A stretch of DNA of 64,000 bases from Spirochaetota bacterium (GCA_043803405.1 JAZDKB010000019.1:320001-384000); one strand, 5' to 3'; positions 28,374-38,323 are shown, counted from the stretch's first letter. Notes: generated by a model not told the origin, from the letters alone. Numbers and translations are program-made.

Positions 28374-30467
28374 CTAATTAAGCAATGATGGCATAGTAGG
28401 ATCAATCCACTGCTTGAGATAATCAATATATTCATGGCCGTACTTTGTATCAATAATCCATAGATTATAATATCTGTCTGTAACTATATAATTCAGGTTC
28501 AGATATTCAACAGGATAAACCATCACAGATATATTATTATAATAATACATTCTCCCAAGCACATTAATTGCGTTATTCAGATTTTCCCATGGAAGATCCA
28601 TATCAACAATAATGATCTTTATGCAATTCAATAATTCCGACATATTAATTCCAATGTCGGACCGGTCAATAATGAATACAGCTTTTAATTCATTATGTTC
28701 TTTTAATGAATATACATTGCATGACCTTGTTAACTGTATCTTTTTATATATTTTTTCAAGAGGTTCTTCGTTAAAGTCCATATCAGGCCTCAGGCTTTTT
28801 ACAAGAAGCCCTCCTCCTGATTGTTCCTGATAAAAGTTATCTAAAGTTTCATAATCCTCACTGTTAATTTCCTCAATTATAAATCCCTTATACAGGGACT
28901 CTGTATTTGAATGCATGGCACATGACAGATAAGCAAATGTATCCAGTGTAACTCTTCCCGGATTATTAGCTTCCTTGTAAACTCCGCCGAAAAAATGTTC
29001 TGAAAACCTGTTATCAGGTTGATAGAAAAACATTAAATAATCTATTTTGAATGCTGGAAGAATAAACATAATATCAAGATAATTTAAAACATGGTCTAGA
29101 ATATGGATTCCTGTCTTATTTGTATTTTCTGTTGATATGGCTGCTAGGTGCTGAACAAGCCATGATCTTTGATAAGCTCTAATTATGGAGCAATGTCCAA
29201 AAATTTTTCCGTTTTCCTGATATGTGATGTATGTGAATATTTCCCGGCCTTTCCGGTATAGCCTGTTGTATATATCCCTGATCTCGCTGCTGCGTGATTC
29301 AATTAATTTATATTTCCTGGGATAAATAAATTTTGATTTAAAGAAAAACTCCCATAAGGAATCAATATCCAGCTCAGGTGATAGGTTTATATGGGGATTA
29401 TCGGCATTGCAGACTATCGCAAAAAGCCGGTTAAATGCATCCATCTCCATATCAAGAATGGAAAATCCATATTTGATATTCTTTTCGTCCACACTCAGCT
29501 GGTATACAACAGAAGCAGTACATTTTAAATTAATACTCCCGTTGATTACAATGTATAGCTCTTTAATGAAAAGTCCCGGCATAAGGGGGGACTCATCAAT
29601 ACGCAACTGCATGGCAAATCCTGCGGATGATATATCCGTCACTTCAAGTTCCATTGTTTTATTCAATAAAGGATGATTAAAAATGATTTTCGGTGCAGGC
29701 ACAAGCTTAAGCCTGGGATTGCGGTTCTCTCTTTTTGTCCGATTCTTTAATGCGTTTTCCTGCGACAGGACAATAGAACAGTCATTCTGAAAAGCAGTCC
29801 TTTTATAACTGCAAAATCCTGAATAGACAATCTCCTCTCCGGTTATTTCTGCAGGCTCAGTGGATCGCAGCTCAACAAAAAACGGTTTGGCTGTATCCAA
29901 TTTGTCAAGTAAAGGCTGGAATTCTTCATCCGGTTTTATGAGGAAATCTGCGGAGCTGAATTCCTTTAAACTGCCGCATATCCTTATATTGTCCTGAATA
30001 ATTTCCGCATTGACATCATCAGTGGCAGGGTATCTCCTGCTTTTTCTTCTGTTCCAGACGTAGCCTTTTACCGGCAGTGCCGCAATTAGCTTATCTTCGG
30101 TAACATCGATAGTTTCAACAGGAACTACTATAATTGATTTGCCGTAATTAATAATAATATTCAGTAAAATATAATCGGCCGGATTATACTGTTCGTGTTT
30201 AATCCAGTGCGCCGTGAGATTCTCATCAACGCATGGCTCGGGAGATGCCATAACAGTAATGTTTTCTTTTGTTTCCGGGTTGTGAACATGTACCCGGATA
30301 GTGCTGCCGGCGAAGTGAATATGATTAATAAGATTGATAATTGCGGCTTTTTTAATTCTTTTTGCTGAAGTTAAAGATCCGGCCGGAGCTCCGCCAAAGC
30401 TTTCCTTCAGCTCCGAAACTTCCAGCTCTTTGGCAATAAGCCCGGTATTTGATAATGTAGCTTTCAT
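28374..30467 (-). CDS. Tandem PilZ-domain protein with C-terminal GNAT-like domain
   Basis: RRKSRRY and RENRNPR (RxxxR) motifs and DISSAGF (DxSxxG). The C-terminal GKIFGHCSIIRAYQRSWLVQHLAA segment follows a GNAT-like beta pattern; that domain call is inferred. Confidence 0.75.
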   Translation of the reverse strand: MKATLSNTGLIAKELEVSELKESFGGAPAGSLTSAKRIKKAAIINLINHIHFAGSTIRVHVHNPETKENITVMASPEPCVDENLTAHWIKHEQYNPADYILLNIIINYGKSIIVVPVETIDVTEDKLIAALPVKGYVWNRRKSRRYPATDDVNAEIIQDNIRICGSLKEFSSADFLIKPDEEFQPLLDKLDTAKPFFVELRSTEPAEITGEEIVYSGFCSYKRTAFQNDCSIVLSQENALKNRTKRENRNPRLKLVPAPKIIFNHPLLNKTMELEVTDISSAGFAMQLRIDESPLMPGLFIKELYIVINGSINLKCTASVVYQLSVDEKNIKYGFSILDMEMDAFNRLFAIVCNADNPHINLSPELDIDSLWEFFFKSKFIYPRKYKLIESRSSEIRDIYNRLYRKGREIFTYITYQENGKIFGHCSIIRAYQRSWLVQHLAAISTENTNKTGIHILDHVLNYLDIMFILPAFKIDYLMFFYQPDNRFSEHFFGGVYKEANNPGRVTLDTFAYLSCAMHSNTESLYKGFIIEEINSEDYETLDNFYQEQSGGGLLVKSLRPDMDFNEEPLEKIYKKIQLTRSCNVYSLKEHNELKAVFIIDRSDIGINMSELLNCIKIIIVDMDLPWENLNNAINVLGRMYYYNNISVMVYPVEYLNLNYIVTDRYYNLWIIDTKYGHEYIDYLKQWIDPTMPSLLN

Positions 30468-30635
30468 CAGAGACCTCGATTACATAGAATGGAAAAAAGG
30501 AAAGCGACATAATAATATAGTAATTGTTTATATTAATAAAATAATGATAATAAAAATTGCAAGTATCTTTTTTAAATTTTTTCAGGTTTAAAACTTATAT
30601 GGCGATTTAACTAAAAGCAGCTTGGGATCAATTTT

Positions 30636-32087
30636 TTAAAAGCTTCCGCCTGCAAGGAGGGCAAATCCGCCGCTTCCGGGACCTTTGGACAGATCCCACG
30701 CGTAATTGATCTCGATATATGAATGCTTGAATTCTATTGAGCACCTTGCTCCGCCGCCTGTTCTGCTCTTCCATTCGAGCGTTTCATCCTGAAAGTAGCC
30801 TGTGTTCACAAAAGGCCCTGCGTAAATGAATTGCGGGATTATCTCATATTCAATGTCCATAGCTGCCGTGTTTTTCCATTTGGAGGCAGTATAGTCATCG
30901 AAGAATCCAAGCAGCCTTTTGTCGTAAACGTATTGCCAAAAGTAACGTTCATCCATTGTTGTATAATACGAATAGAGCAGGGGAGTGACCCTGAACCGCG
31001 TAACAGGAGTGAACGCGGTCTTTAATTCTCCGGACGAAATAACATATATCTTCTCGCTCAAATCGCTTTTACCCGAAGATGCGGTTAACTTAAGGCCGCT
31101 TGCGTCCTTTCTTGAAAGCAAAGTTGATTTATTGGAGATATTTATTTCCATGGTGATTCTTGTGTCGTAATCGCGGAATGTTTTTTCATCCGTCCTGTAA
31201 TCCTTTATGTCCGATATTATTTCATTCGCGTATAGATCAATAAATAAATATTTATATAATGCCCTGTATCCGAGAACCGGCGATAACGAACTTCTCCTGT
31301 AATCGGAGTCGCGGGATTCCCAGCGCTCAAGGAACGTGGCAATGTTCGTTCCGATATAGAAGCCGCGCGGATCATTGTCCGGAAAAAGAAAATATTTTAC
31401 ATCGAATTCCGCTCTCCTCAGTTTGCCTTCCCTGTAGCCAATCTTTGCGTAAAGATCGGCCGCTGTATCGATAAACGGGTAGTAATAACCGAGATACGGG
31501 GATATGCCGTAAACAGGTTCATAGCCCAGTCCCCCGTAGAAATTTCCTTTTTCTTTTTTATTGAGCTTTATGGACAGGAAGACGTCGCTTGTGTCTCCGT
31601 AATTGACAGGGTAAATCCGGACAGTATCCAGGCTGTAATTATACTTAACTGTTTCCGCTGTTTTTTCTATCTCAAACCTGTTATAGATACTCCCAATGAA
31701 CGGGTTAAATGTTTTTTCAACCTGATCCTTATTTTTGCCTTCGATGCCGCTGATGTTCAGCCCCAGTATCCTGGATTCCTTTACATGTATTTCCAGCACC
31801 CCGTCATCGCGCATCACCAGCTTTTCAACGTAGCTTGTAGTATAACCCTTTTCATGATATTCATCCGTCACTTTTACACCGATTGATTCAATATCTGTCT
31901 TTGATAACCCGCCTTTGATATTCGAAATATATTGCTTTATTTCAAGATCGATTGTGCTGCCAATGATCTCCGTGCGTTTAACCTCGATCGCAAAAAGATT
32001 CGGGCTGATCAGTAAAATAAATGTCAGGATAATTGAGAGAAAGGCGATTTTGTTAAATATTGCGGCAGGGGCGTTTGCGTTAAACAT
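30636..32087 (-). CDS. POTRA-domain Omp85-superfamily-like outer-membrane beta-barrel
   Basis: Start MFNANAP at 32087 (GAGGA RBS); signal peptide; YHEKGYTTSYV...GVLEIHVKESRI POTRA motif; aromatic-rich amphipathic strands; C-terminal Phe. Confidence 0.75.
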   Translation of the reverse strand: MFNANAPAAIFNKIAFLSIILTFILLISPNLFAIEVKRTEIIGSTIDLEIKQYISNIKGGLSKTDIESIGVKVTDEYHEKGYTTSYVEKLVMRDDGVLEIHVKESRILGLNISGIEGKNKDQVEKTFNPFIGSIYNRFEIEKTAETVKYNYSLDTVRIYPVNYGDTSDVFLSIKLNKKEKGNFYGGLGYEPVYGISPYLGYYYPFIDTAADLYAKIGYREGKLRRAEFDVKYFLFPDNDPRGFYIGTNIATFLERWESRDSDYRRSSLSPVLGYRALYKYLFIDLYANEIISDIKDYRTDEKTFRDYDTRITMEINISNKSTLLSRKDASGLKLTASSGKSDLSEKIYVISSGELKTAFTPVTRFRVTPLLYSYYTTMDERYFWQYVYDKRLLGFFDDYTASKWKNTAAMDIEYEIIPQFIYAGPFVNTGYFQDETLEWKSRTGGGARCSIEFKHSYIEINYAWDLSKGPGSGGFALLAGGSF

Positions 32088-32094
32088 ATTGTCC

Positions 32095-32928
32095 TCATTG
32101 TTGCAGGTATTTTTTCTTAGCATCAGCAGGGAACGCGGCTTTAAATAATTTCTCATCAACGGAATAGTTAAGGCGTATGCCGGAATATATCGTAATATTT
32201 CTCGTAATTCCTTTATCTGTTCTGGCGTAAATATCTATTCTCGAAGGGAAGTTTATATTTTTTATTTTTTTATAATCTTCATATATTTCTTTCATGATTT
32301 CAACACCGGCGCTGTCAGTAATGATCTTTGAAAGTAGAGCTTTGTTCTTCGCGTCAATCATGATATTAAAGCTAAGTTTGTTTTTAACATCATCGACAAT
32401 ATATTGATGCGCTGAATTGAAAAAGCCGTAAAAATGCTTTCCCATGTAATTTATTTTAAATTGGTTGCCGGATTCATTTTGCTTAAATTCCTGAAGCGGA
32501 TTGATTTTCGGTTTGTTCGGGACCGCATTGTTCCCGATAATATACAGGACATTATCATCATGGAAATACCAGTAAAGTGAAGCGCCGTTGTTTAAAACTA
32601 TTTGCTTTGAAGGCGCAGTGTAATCTATCCTGAAACGCCCCCTGTCGTCTGCTATGTATCTTCCTTTGAAAACTTCCCTGCCGTGTTCCGGCGTGTTTAC
32701 ATGCTGAACTATTTCAGCGTCTATTGATCTGATTCCTGTATTCGCTTCAATAATTTCGCTAAAGGGCAGGGGAGATGTTTCTTCCGCGGATGAAGCGGCA
32801 TTAAATATTATTATAAAAAATACGGTTAAAATAATATTTATTAAGGATTGATTCCGGGGTTTATGATGGGTAGTTGTCCCCGGATATGTGCCGCTCATGT
32901 GTAGTTTAAGATTACCCGGATTCTTCAT
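32095..32928 (-). CDS. LolA-like outer-membrane lipoprotein carrier/sorting protein
   Basis: SIDAEIVQ...GRFRIDYTAPSKQIVLNNGASLYWY; C-terminal LNYSVDEKLF. The start is uncertain. Confidence 0.78.
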   Translation of the reverse strand: MKNPGNLKLHMSGTYPGTTTHHKPRNQSLINIILTVFFIIIFNAASSAEETSPLPFSEIIEANTGIRSIDAEIVQHVNTPEHGREVFKGRYIADDRGRFRIDYTAPSKQIVLNNGASLYWYFHDDNVLYIIGNNAVPNKPKINPLQEFKQNESGNQFKINYMGKHFYGFFNSAHQYIVDDVKNKLSFNIMIDAKNKALLSKIITDSAGVEIMKEIYEDYKKIKNINFPSRIDIYARTDKGITRNITIYSGIRLNYSVDEKLFKAAFPADAKKKYLQQ

Positions 32929-32934
32929 TACAAA

Positions 32935-33534
32935 TTAAAGCTGTGTCATTAAATACATAATGCGGCTGGCCCTTTCCCTGGGCATAAGCGAAATAAGATA
33001 TGAAGAGATGCTCGTTTTGCCTGCATTTGCCGCGTCCGCGTCGATCTGGCGCAGAACGTCGATCACCAGCGTGTCTTCCCAGTTCACAATGATCTGTATG
33101 GCTTCTTCCGGCCTCATGCTGTAGATCTTCTGGGCAAGATCCGTGACATTTTTTTTGTAGCCGGAATACATATGTTTTTCTTTTTCAATCTTTTCTTTCT
33201 CTAATCCAAGCCCTTTTCTTATTTCCTGAAGTTTCTCTTTTTCCTTTTCCAGTTCCTTTTCGGTCTGTTCAATGCCTGCCTCGCGCTTGTCCAGCTCCTC
33301 GATCCTTTCTTTAAGCTTTTCGTTCTGCTTTTCGAACTCCTCGCGCTCAATCAGCGAAGGCTCATCATCGGCAGCGTCCACAACGGATGCGACATCGCTT
33401 TTTGTGTATGATCTGACTACTTTGTTTATATTCAGAATACCGATGTAATCAAGCCAGAAAACACCTACAACCACGATAAATATTATCAGGATGATTAAGA
33501 AAAATACCTTTGCTCTTTCACTCGATAGTTTCAT
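32935..33534 (-). CDS. flbB: Periplasmic-flagellum collar protein FlbB-like (TM, coiled coil, MgtE_N-like C-terminus)
   Basis: FWLDYIG after the N-terminal TM, a long coiled coil, and SMRPEEAI...SYLISLMPRERA. Position after fliJ matches spirochaete operons. Confidence 0.75.
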   Translation of the reverse strand: MKLSSERAKVFFLIILIIFIVVVGVFWLDYIGILNINKVVRSYTKSDVASVVDAADDEPSLIEREEFEKQNEKLKERIEELDKREAGIEQTEKELEKEKEKLQEIRKGLGLEKEKIEKEKHMYSGYKKNVTDLAQKIYSMRPEEAIQIIVNWEDTLVIDVLRQIDADAANAGKTSISSYLISLMPRERASRIMYLMTQL

Positions 33535-33598
33535 ATTTCACTTCCAGACTGCAATAATATAATTAAAAGTTTATCCTTAAAGGCAAACCCATAGCATT

Positions 33599-34171
33599 TC
33601 ACTTTATATTCTGAATATATGCATCCATCACTTTTTTAATATAGTCATGCGTTTCCTTTATCGGAGGAATACCGCTATTCCTGTCAACAGCCTTTTCGCC
33701 TGCGTTATAAGCAGCCAGGGCTTTTTTAAAGTCCCATTCATATTTATCCATCAGCTTTTTTAAAATGCCGACACCGGCCTGGATATTATCTTCGGCATTA
33801 AAAGGATTTGCCACCCCCATCTCGGCCAAAGCGCCGGGCATAAGCTGCATAAGCCCGGCCGCGCCCTTTCGCGAAACGGCATTGGGGTTGTAATCCGACT
33901 CTGCTTTAATGACAGCATCAACAAGAGCAGGGGGCAGTCCTTTTTTAATTGCGTAATCTTTCGCTATCTCTTTTATTTTAGGCACAGTAATATTTGTTTT
34001 AATTTCATTTTGCGAATCGGCCTTATTGCTGCCGGCAATATGTTCATTAACGGAATTATCAAATTTATTATTTTGTGCATTGCTGATAAACTGGGCAGGC
34101 TTTTTTGTTGCTTTAAAACGCCTTTGAAGTTCATTGATTCTGGTTAAAGCTTTATACATGTCTTCAAGCAT
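33599..34171 (-). CDS. Lytic transglycosylase (SLT domain)
   Basis: AVIKAESDYNPNAVSRKGAAGLMQLMP, ALAAYNAG and ETHDYI. Confidence 0.92.
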   Translation of the reverse strand: MLEDMYKALTRINELQRRFKATKKPAQFISNAQNNKFDNSVNEHIAGSNKADSQNEIKTNITVPKIKEIAKDYAIKKGLPPALVDAVIKAESDYNPNAVSRKGAAGLMQLMPGALAEMGVANPFNAEDNIQAGVGILKKLMDKYEWDFKKALAAYNAGEKAVDRNSGIPPIKETHDYIKKVMDAYIQNIK

Positions 34172-34188
34172 GTATTTTCTCCGTTATG

Positions 34189-34653
34189 TTATTGATAAAG
34201 ATCATCTGCCCGATGTTTCTGGAATATCTTCTGATTCATGTCGTCGTTCTCTTTTGCGATTTCCCTGTTAAAATTATATAAGAATTCCCTGAACTTTTTC
34301 TCTTTAAGCTTTTCCACTACTTTTTTCTGTTTCGATGCTTCTATTAATCTTCCCCTGACCTTTTGAATCTCAGGCTCCATCTGCTGTATCTTGTGCTCGG
34401 CAATGTTTATAGCCTTGTTGGCGGTCTCAGTAAATCTTTCGTACATCATTACTTCATTATAGGAAAATGTTTTTGCTTCAAGCATTGTCCTCAGGGCTTT
34501 TTTTCGTTCAGCCATGTTTTTCTGCAATTCAAACTGTTTGTTTCTTTCGATATTCTGGACATGAACAAGTGCTGCAAGTTCGTTTTTAATCTGCTTTTCC
34601 ATTGCTTCGCGTATATCCAGCAGCTTATGCAGTTTAAATTTAAATTTTTTCAT
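34189..34653 (-). CDS. fliJ: Flagellar export protein FliJ
   Basis: MKKFKFKLHKLLDIRE N-terminus, coiled coil, directly after fliI. Confidence 0.85.
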   Translation of the reverse strand: MKKFKFKLHKLLDIREAMEKQIKNELAALVHVQNIERNKQFELQKNMAERKKALRTMLEAKTFSYNEVMMYERFTETANKAINIAEHKIQQMEPEIQKVRGRLIEASKQKKVVEKLKEKKFREFLYNFNREIAKENDDMNQKIFQKHRADDLYQ

Positions 34654-34707
34654 AGTTACTTAGTAAAATGTTTCATCGATATAAAAAAATTTTGGATGCA
34701 CCATTAA

Positions 34708-36111
34708 TTATCTTTTAGCTGCAGGAAACGGCCGTCTCTGATTAATAAGATCTTTTCTCGGAGGTTTAACCGGTTCCTGTGTAAACATTCCTTTCAATTT
34801 AGAAAGAATATTATCATAGGTATCCTTTTCGTACATATCCTGTTTTAAAAAGGCATTTATTTTGCCTATCATTTCAATTGCTTTATCCACCAGAGGATTG
34901 GAGCCTTTCGCGTACGCGCCAAGATTGATCAGGTCTTCAGCTTCCCTGTACGAAGCTAAAAGCTCCCTGAACTGGCCGGCTGCCTTCTGATGATCTTTTT
35001 CCGTTACATCGCGCATGCACCTGGATATCGAAGCAAGCACGTCAATGGCAGGGTAGTGGCCTTTGTTCGCAAGGTTGCGGTCAAGTACGAGGTGGCCGTC
35101 CAGGATACCTCTAACAGCATCGGCGATCGGCTCGTTCATGTCGTCTGCTTCAACCAGAATAGTATAAAATCCGGTTATGCTGCCGCTTCCTTCTTTTGTG
35201 CCCGAGCGCTCCAGCAGCCTCGGCAGAAGTGAGAATACCGAGGGCGGGAAGCCCCTGGTAGCGGATGGTTCGCCTGCCGCAAGCCCCACCTCCCTCTGCG
35301 CAAGGGCGAACCTGGTTACCGAGTCCATCATCAGGTTGACGTCTTTGCCCTTGTCCCTGAAGTATTCGGCTACTGCATGCCCCAGGAATGCGCCTCTAAT
35401 TCTCAGCATAGGAGGCTGATCCGATGTCGCTACAACAACAACAGAGCGCTTTAAGCCTTCTTCGCCAAGTTCCTTTTCCACGAAGTTCCTTACCTCGCGG
35501 CCGCGTTCTCCTATAAGTACTATTACGTTTATGTCTGCGGATGTGTACCGCGCTATCATTCCCAGTAAAATGGATTTGCCGACTCCGGAACCTGAGAATA
35601 TTCCTATTCTCTGGCCCTTGCCTACGGTATTAAGGCCATCGATGGCCCTGATCCCCACTGAAAGCGGTTTTTCTATAATGCTTCTTACAAGCGGATTCAT
35701 CGATTTTCCCATAACAGGATAAGTTTCTTTAGTAAAAATTTCTCCTTTACTGTCAAGGGGCTTACCGAGTCCGTTTATTACCCTGCCGAGCAGTTCCGGC
35801 CCAACAGGCACCGAAAGAGATGCTCCGGCTGCCGTTACTTCTGCCCCGGCAATAACTCCCTTCATTTCTCCTATGGGCATCAGCACAATTCTGTCCTTAT
35901 TGAAACCCACCACTTCGGCAAATAAAAATTCTCCGTTATCGATCTCAATTTTGCATAATTCGCCGTGTTTAACAACCGGGCCCTTTGATTCTATTGTGAG
36001 GCCTACTACCCTTTCAACCCTGCCCGTAAACTTAATTACTTCAGTCTGGTTTATCAGGTCTTTGTATTTGGAGAGTATGTCAATCTTTTCATGCGGGAGA
36101 ATTTGTATCAT
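34708..36111 (-). CDS. fliI: Flagellar export ATPase FliI
   Basis: GQRIGIFSGSGVGKS, IGERGREV, DSVTRFA and GHYPAIDVLASISR. The start is placed at MIQILP. Confidence 0.95.
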   Translation of the reverse strand: MIQILPHEKIDILSKYKDLINQTEVIKFTGRVERVVGLTIESKGPVVKHGELCKIEIDNGEFLFAEVVGFNKDRIVLMPIGEMKGVIAGAEVTAAGASLSVPVGPELLGRVINGLGKPLDSKGEIFTKETYPVMGKSMNPLVRSIIEKPLSVGIRAIDGLNTVGKGQRIGIFSGSGVGKSILLGMIARYTSADINVIVLIGERGREVRNFVEKELGEEGLKRSVVVVATSDQPPMLRIRGAFLGHAVAEYFRDKGKDVNLMMDSVTRFALAQREVGLAAGEPSATRGFPPSVFSLLPRLLERSGTKEGSGSITGFYTILVEADDMNEPIADAVRGILDGHLVLDRNLANKGHYPAIDVLASISRCMRDVTEKDHQKAAGQFRELLASYREAEDLINLGAYAKGSNPLVDKAIEMIGKINAFLKQDMYEKDTYDNILSKLKGMFTQEPVKPPRKDLINQRRPFPAAKR

Positions 36112-36143
36112 TATATAATCCTGTATAATTAAAAAAATAATTA

Positions 36144-36277
36144 GCCACAAAGGCGCAGAGACACGGAGAATCGTTTCTTAAAATATAGTTCTATTTAAAA
36201 TAGACTTGTTTGAGTAAAATTTTAAATCATTTCATAAATTAATTTAATACATTTCTATGCCTCAGTGTCTCTGTGGC
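36144..36277. repeat. Imperfect inverted pair of the CCACAGAGACACAGAG-type element between fliH and fliI
   Basis: GCCACAAAGGCGCAGAGACACGGAGAA (36144-36170) and TTCTATGCCTCAGTGTCTCTGTGGC (36253-36277); a solo arm lies at 40936-40960. Confidence 0.6.
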
Positions 36278-36387
36278 ATGTTTTTATAAAGCCTTAAAGT
36301 AATCGGTCATAAGGCTATTATAAATTTAACTTTATTATGTCGCATCGCGCTTTAAAAAATACCGCTTAATTCGGTAAAAACCGGTTA

Positions 36388-37314
36388 TTAAACGGTTATT
36401 GCGCTGCGGATAGATTCTTCAATTGCGTCAAGCTGTGTCGAAACCCTTGCATCAATAGCGCCTACGTCGGTTTCAATAATACATCCGCCGCGGTCTACTC
36501 TGTTGTCTTCATATATGTTTACTTTCTTTAATGAATCCATCATTTTTATAAGCTCATCTTTATGAGCTGTAGTCATATCAAGGTCGGCAAAGTTAACGCG
36601 GATGTCGATCCTGTCTCTGTCTTTGACTCTTTGTATCGCTTCTTTAATATTGTTTATAACAACTTCGCGTCTTTCAACAATCTCATCTTTAATTACTTTT
36701 CTGGATATCATGAGGATCATGTCAGTCATCAGCTTTTCGGATGATCTTATAATATCGTCCCTGATGTCTACTGCTGTGGAAACAATGGTGCCCAGCCTGT
36801 CAACAAGCCTTAATACCTCGGCCTGGCCCTCTTTATATCCTTCTTCGCGGCCTGCCTCGTATCCTTTTTTATATGCCTGGTGTTCGATTTCCGAGACCTT
36901 TAGCTCGGCTTCCTTAATCATTTTTTCCGCTTCGTATTTGCCGCGCTCTATTTCCTGATCCGTTTCGATCTTGAATTTTTCTCTTTCTACTTTTATCTGC
37001 TCTTTTGCTTCCTGCAGTTGCTTGAACGCGGCTGCTTTTCCGTTCTCGATTATTTGATTTTCCTGCTGTCTTGCCTCATCGATAAGCTTGCGGACTTCTT
37101 CCTCTGTTTCTCTTCTGTAACGCTCAAGTTCCGCTTCCATTTCTTCAATGGACGGGCCCTGGTAAACATCTATTGGGTTGCCGTGTTCATCAACTTCGTA
37201 TTCCTTGTATTCTTCATCGGAAATAACATTTTTTTGATATTTTTCCGGAAGTTCTATCTGCTTAACAGTCTGTACAAATTTTATTTCGTTCGGTTTAAAT
37301 ACTAACTTAGACAA
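36388..37314 (-). CDS. fliH: Flagellar assembly protein FliH
   Basis: AYKKGYEAGREEGYKEG GxxxG repeats; GGCIIETDVGAIDA; TTG start overlapping the fliG stop. Confidence 0.92.
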   Translation of the reverse strand: MSKLVFKPNEIKFVQTVKQIELPEKYQKNVISDEEYKEYEVDEHGNPIDVYQGPSIEEMEAELERYRRETEEEVRKLIDEARQQENQIIENGKAAAFKQLQEAKEQIKVEREKFKIETDQEIERGKYEAEKMIKEAELKVSEIEHQAYKKGYEAGREEGYKEGQAEVLRLVDRLGTIVSTAVDIRDDIIRSSEKLMTDMILMISRKVIKDEIVERREVVINNIKEAIQRVKDRDRIDIRVNFADLDMTTAHKDELIKMMDSLKKVNIYEDNRVDRGGCIIETDVGAIDARVSTQLDAIEESIRSAITV

Positions 37315-38323
37315 TTAATTCCTCCTCGCCTGCTCTTGCTACAATTATGTCTCCGGCATCTTCAAGTTTTCTGATAATATTGACAATTTTTTGCTGGGAT
37401 TCTTCAACATCCCGGAGCCTGATCGGTCCCATAAAATCCATATCTTCGCGCAGCAGGGAAGCGGCTCTCTTGGACATGTTCCGGTATATTTTCTCCTGAA
37501 CTTCGGCATCGACTCCCTTCAATGCCTTGCCGAGATCCTGGTTGTCGACTTCGCGCAGTACTTTCTGAATGGACCTGTCGTCAAGAAGCACGATGTCTTC
37601 AAAGATAAACATTCTCTTTTTAATTTCTTCCGCAAGTTCAGGGTCTTCCTCTTCCAGCGCTTCTATGATGATTTTTTCGGTTCCGCGGTCAACCTGGTTC
37701 AGTACTTCTACTATTGCGTCTATACCGCCTGCCGATGTATAGTCCTCACTTGCCAGCGTGGATAATTTTCTTTCAAGTACTCTTTCGACTTCACGCAGAA
37801 CGTCCGGAGATGTTCTGTCCATGGTTGCTATTCTTCTGGCTACGTCGGCCTGTATCTGGTGGCTGAGGCCGCCCAGAATTAAAGCTGCTTTATTCGGTTC
37901 AAGATAGGATAATATTAATGCGATTGTCTGAGGATGCTCCCCCTGAATAAAGTTAAGCAAATGGCTCGGATCTGTTCTCCGTATAAAGTCGAAAGGCCTG
38001 ACCTGCAAAGATGATGTTAGCCTGTTGACAATATCAATTGCCTTTTGCGTACCGAGAGCTCTTTCAAGTACTTCGCGTGCATAGTCAATGCCCCCGGAAG
38101 AAATAAAACCCTGCGCCATCATCATTTCCTGGAATTCCATGAGGACTTTATCTTTATCCTCGGCTTCTACTTTGTCCAGTCTTGCGATCTCAAAAGTTAA
38201 CTGCTCTATCTCGTCTTCGCGCAGATGTTTAAATATTTCGGATGAAACATCGGAGCCAAGGGATACGAGAAATACGGCAGCTTTTTGTCTGCCTGTCAGT
38301 TGGGATTTTTTGGATTGAAGCAT
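37307..38323 (-). CDS. fliG: Flagellar motor switch protein FliG
   Basis: LTGRQKAA, GGIDYAREVL, EHPQTIALILS, MFIFEDI and NMSKRAA. Confidence 0.97.
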   Translation of the reverse strand: MLQSKKSQLTGRQKAAVFLVSLGSDVSSEIFKHLREDEIEQLTFEIARLDKVEAEDKDKVLMEFQEMMMAQGFISSGGIDYAREVLERALGTQKAIDIVNRLTSSLQVRPFDFIRRTDPSHLLNFIQGEHPQTIALILSYLEPNKAALILGGLSHQIQADVARRIATMDRTSPDVLREVERVLERKLSTLASEDYTSAGGIDAIVEVLNQVDRGTEKIIIEALEEEDPELAEEIKKRMFIFEDIVLLDDRSIQKVLREVDNQDLGKALKGVDAEVQEKIYRNMSKRAASLLREDMDFMGPIRLRDVEESQQKIVNIIRKLEDAGDIIVARAGEEELIV

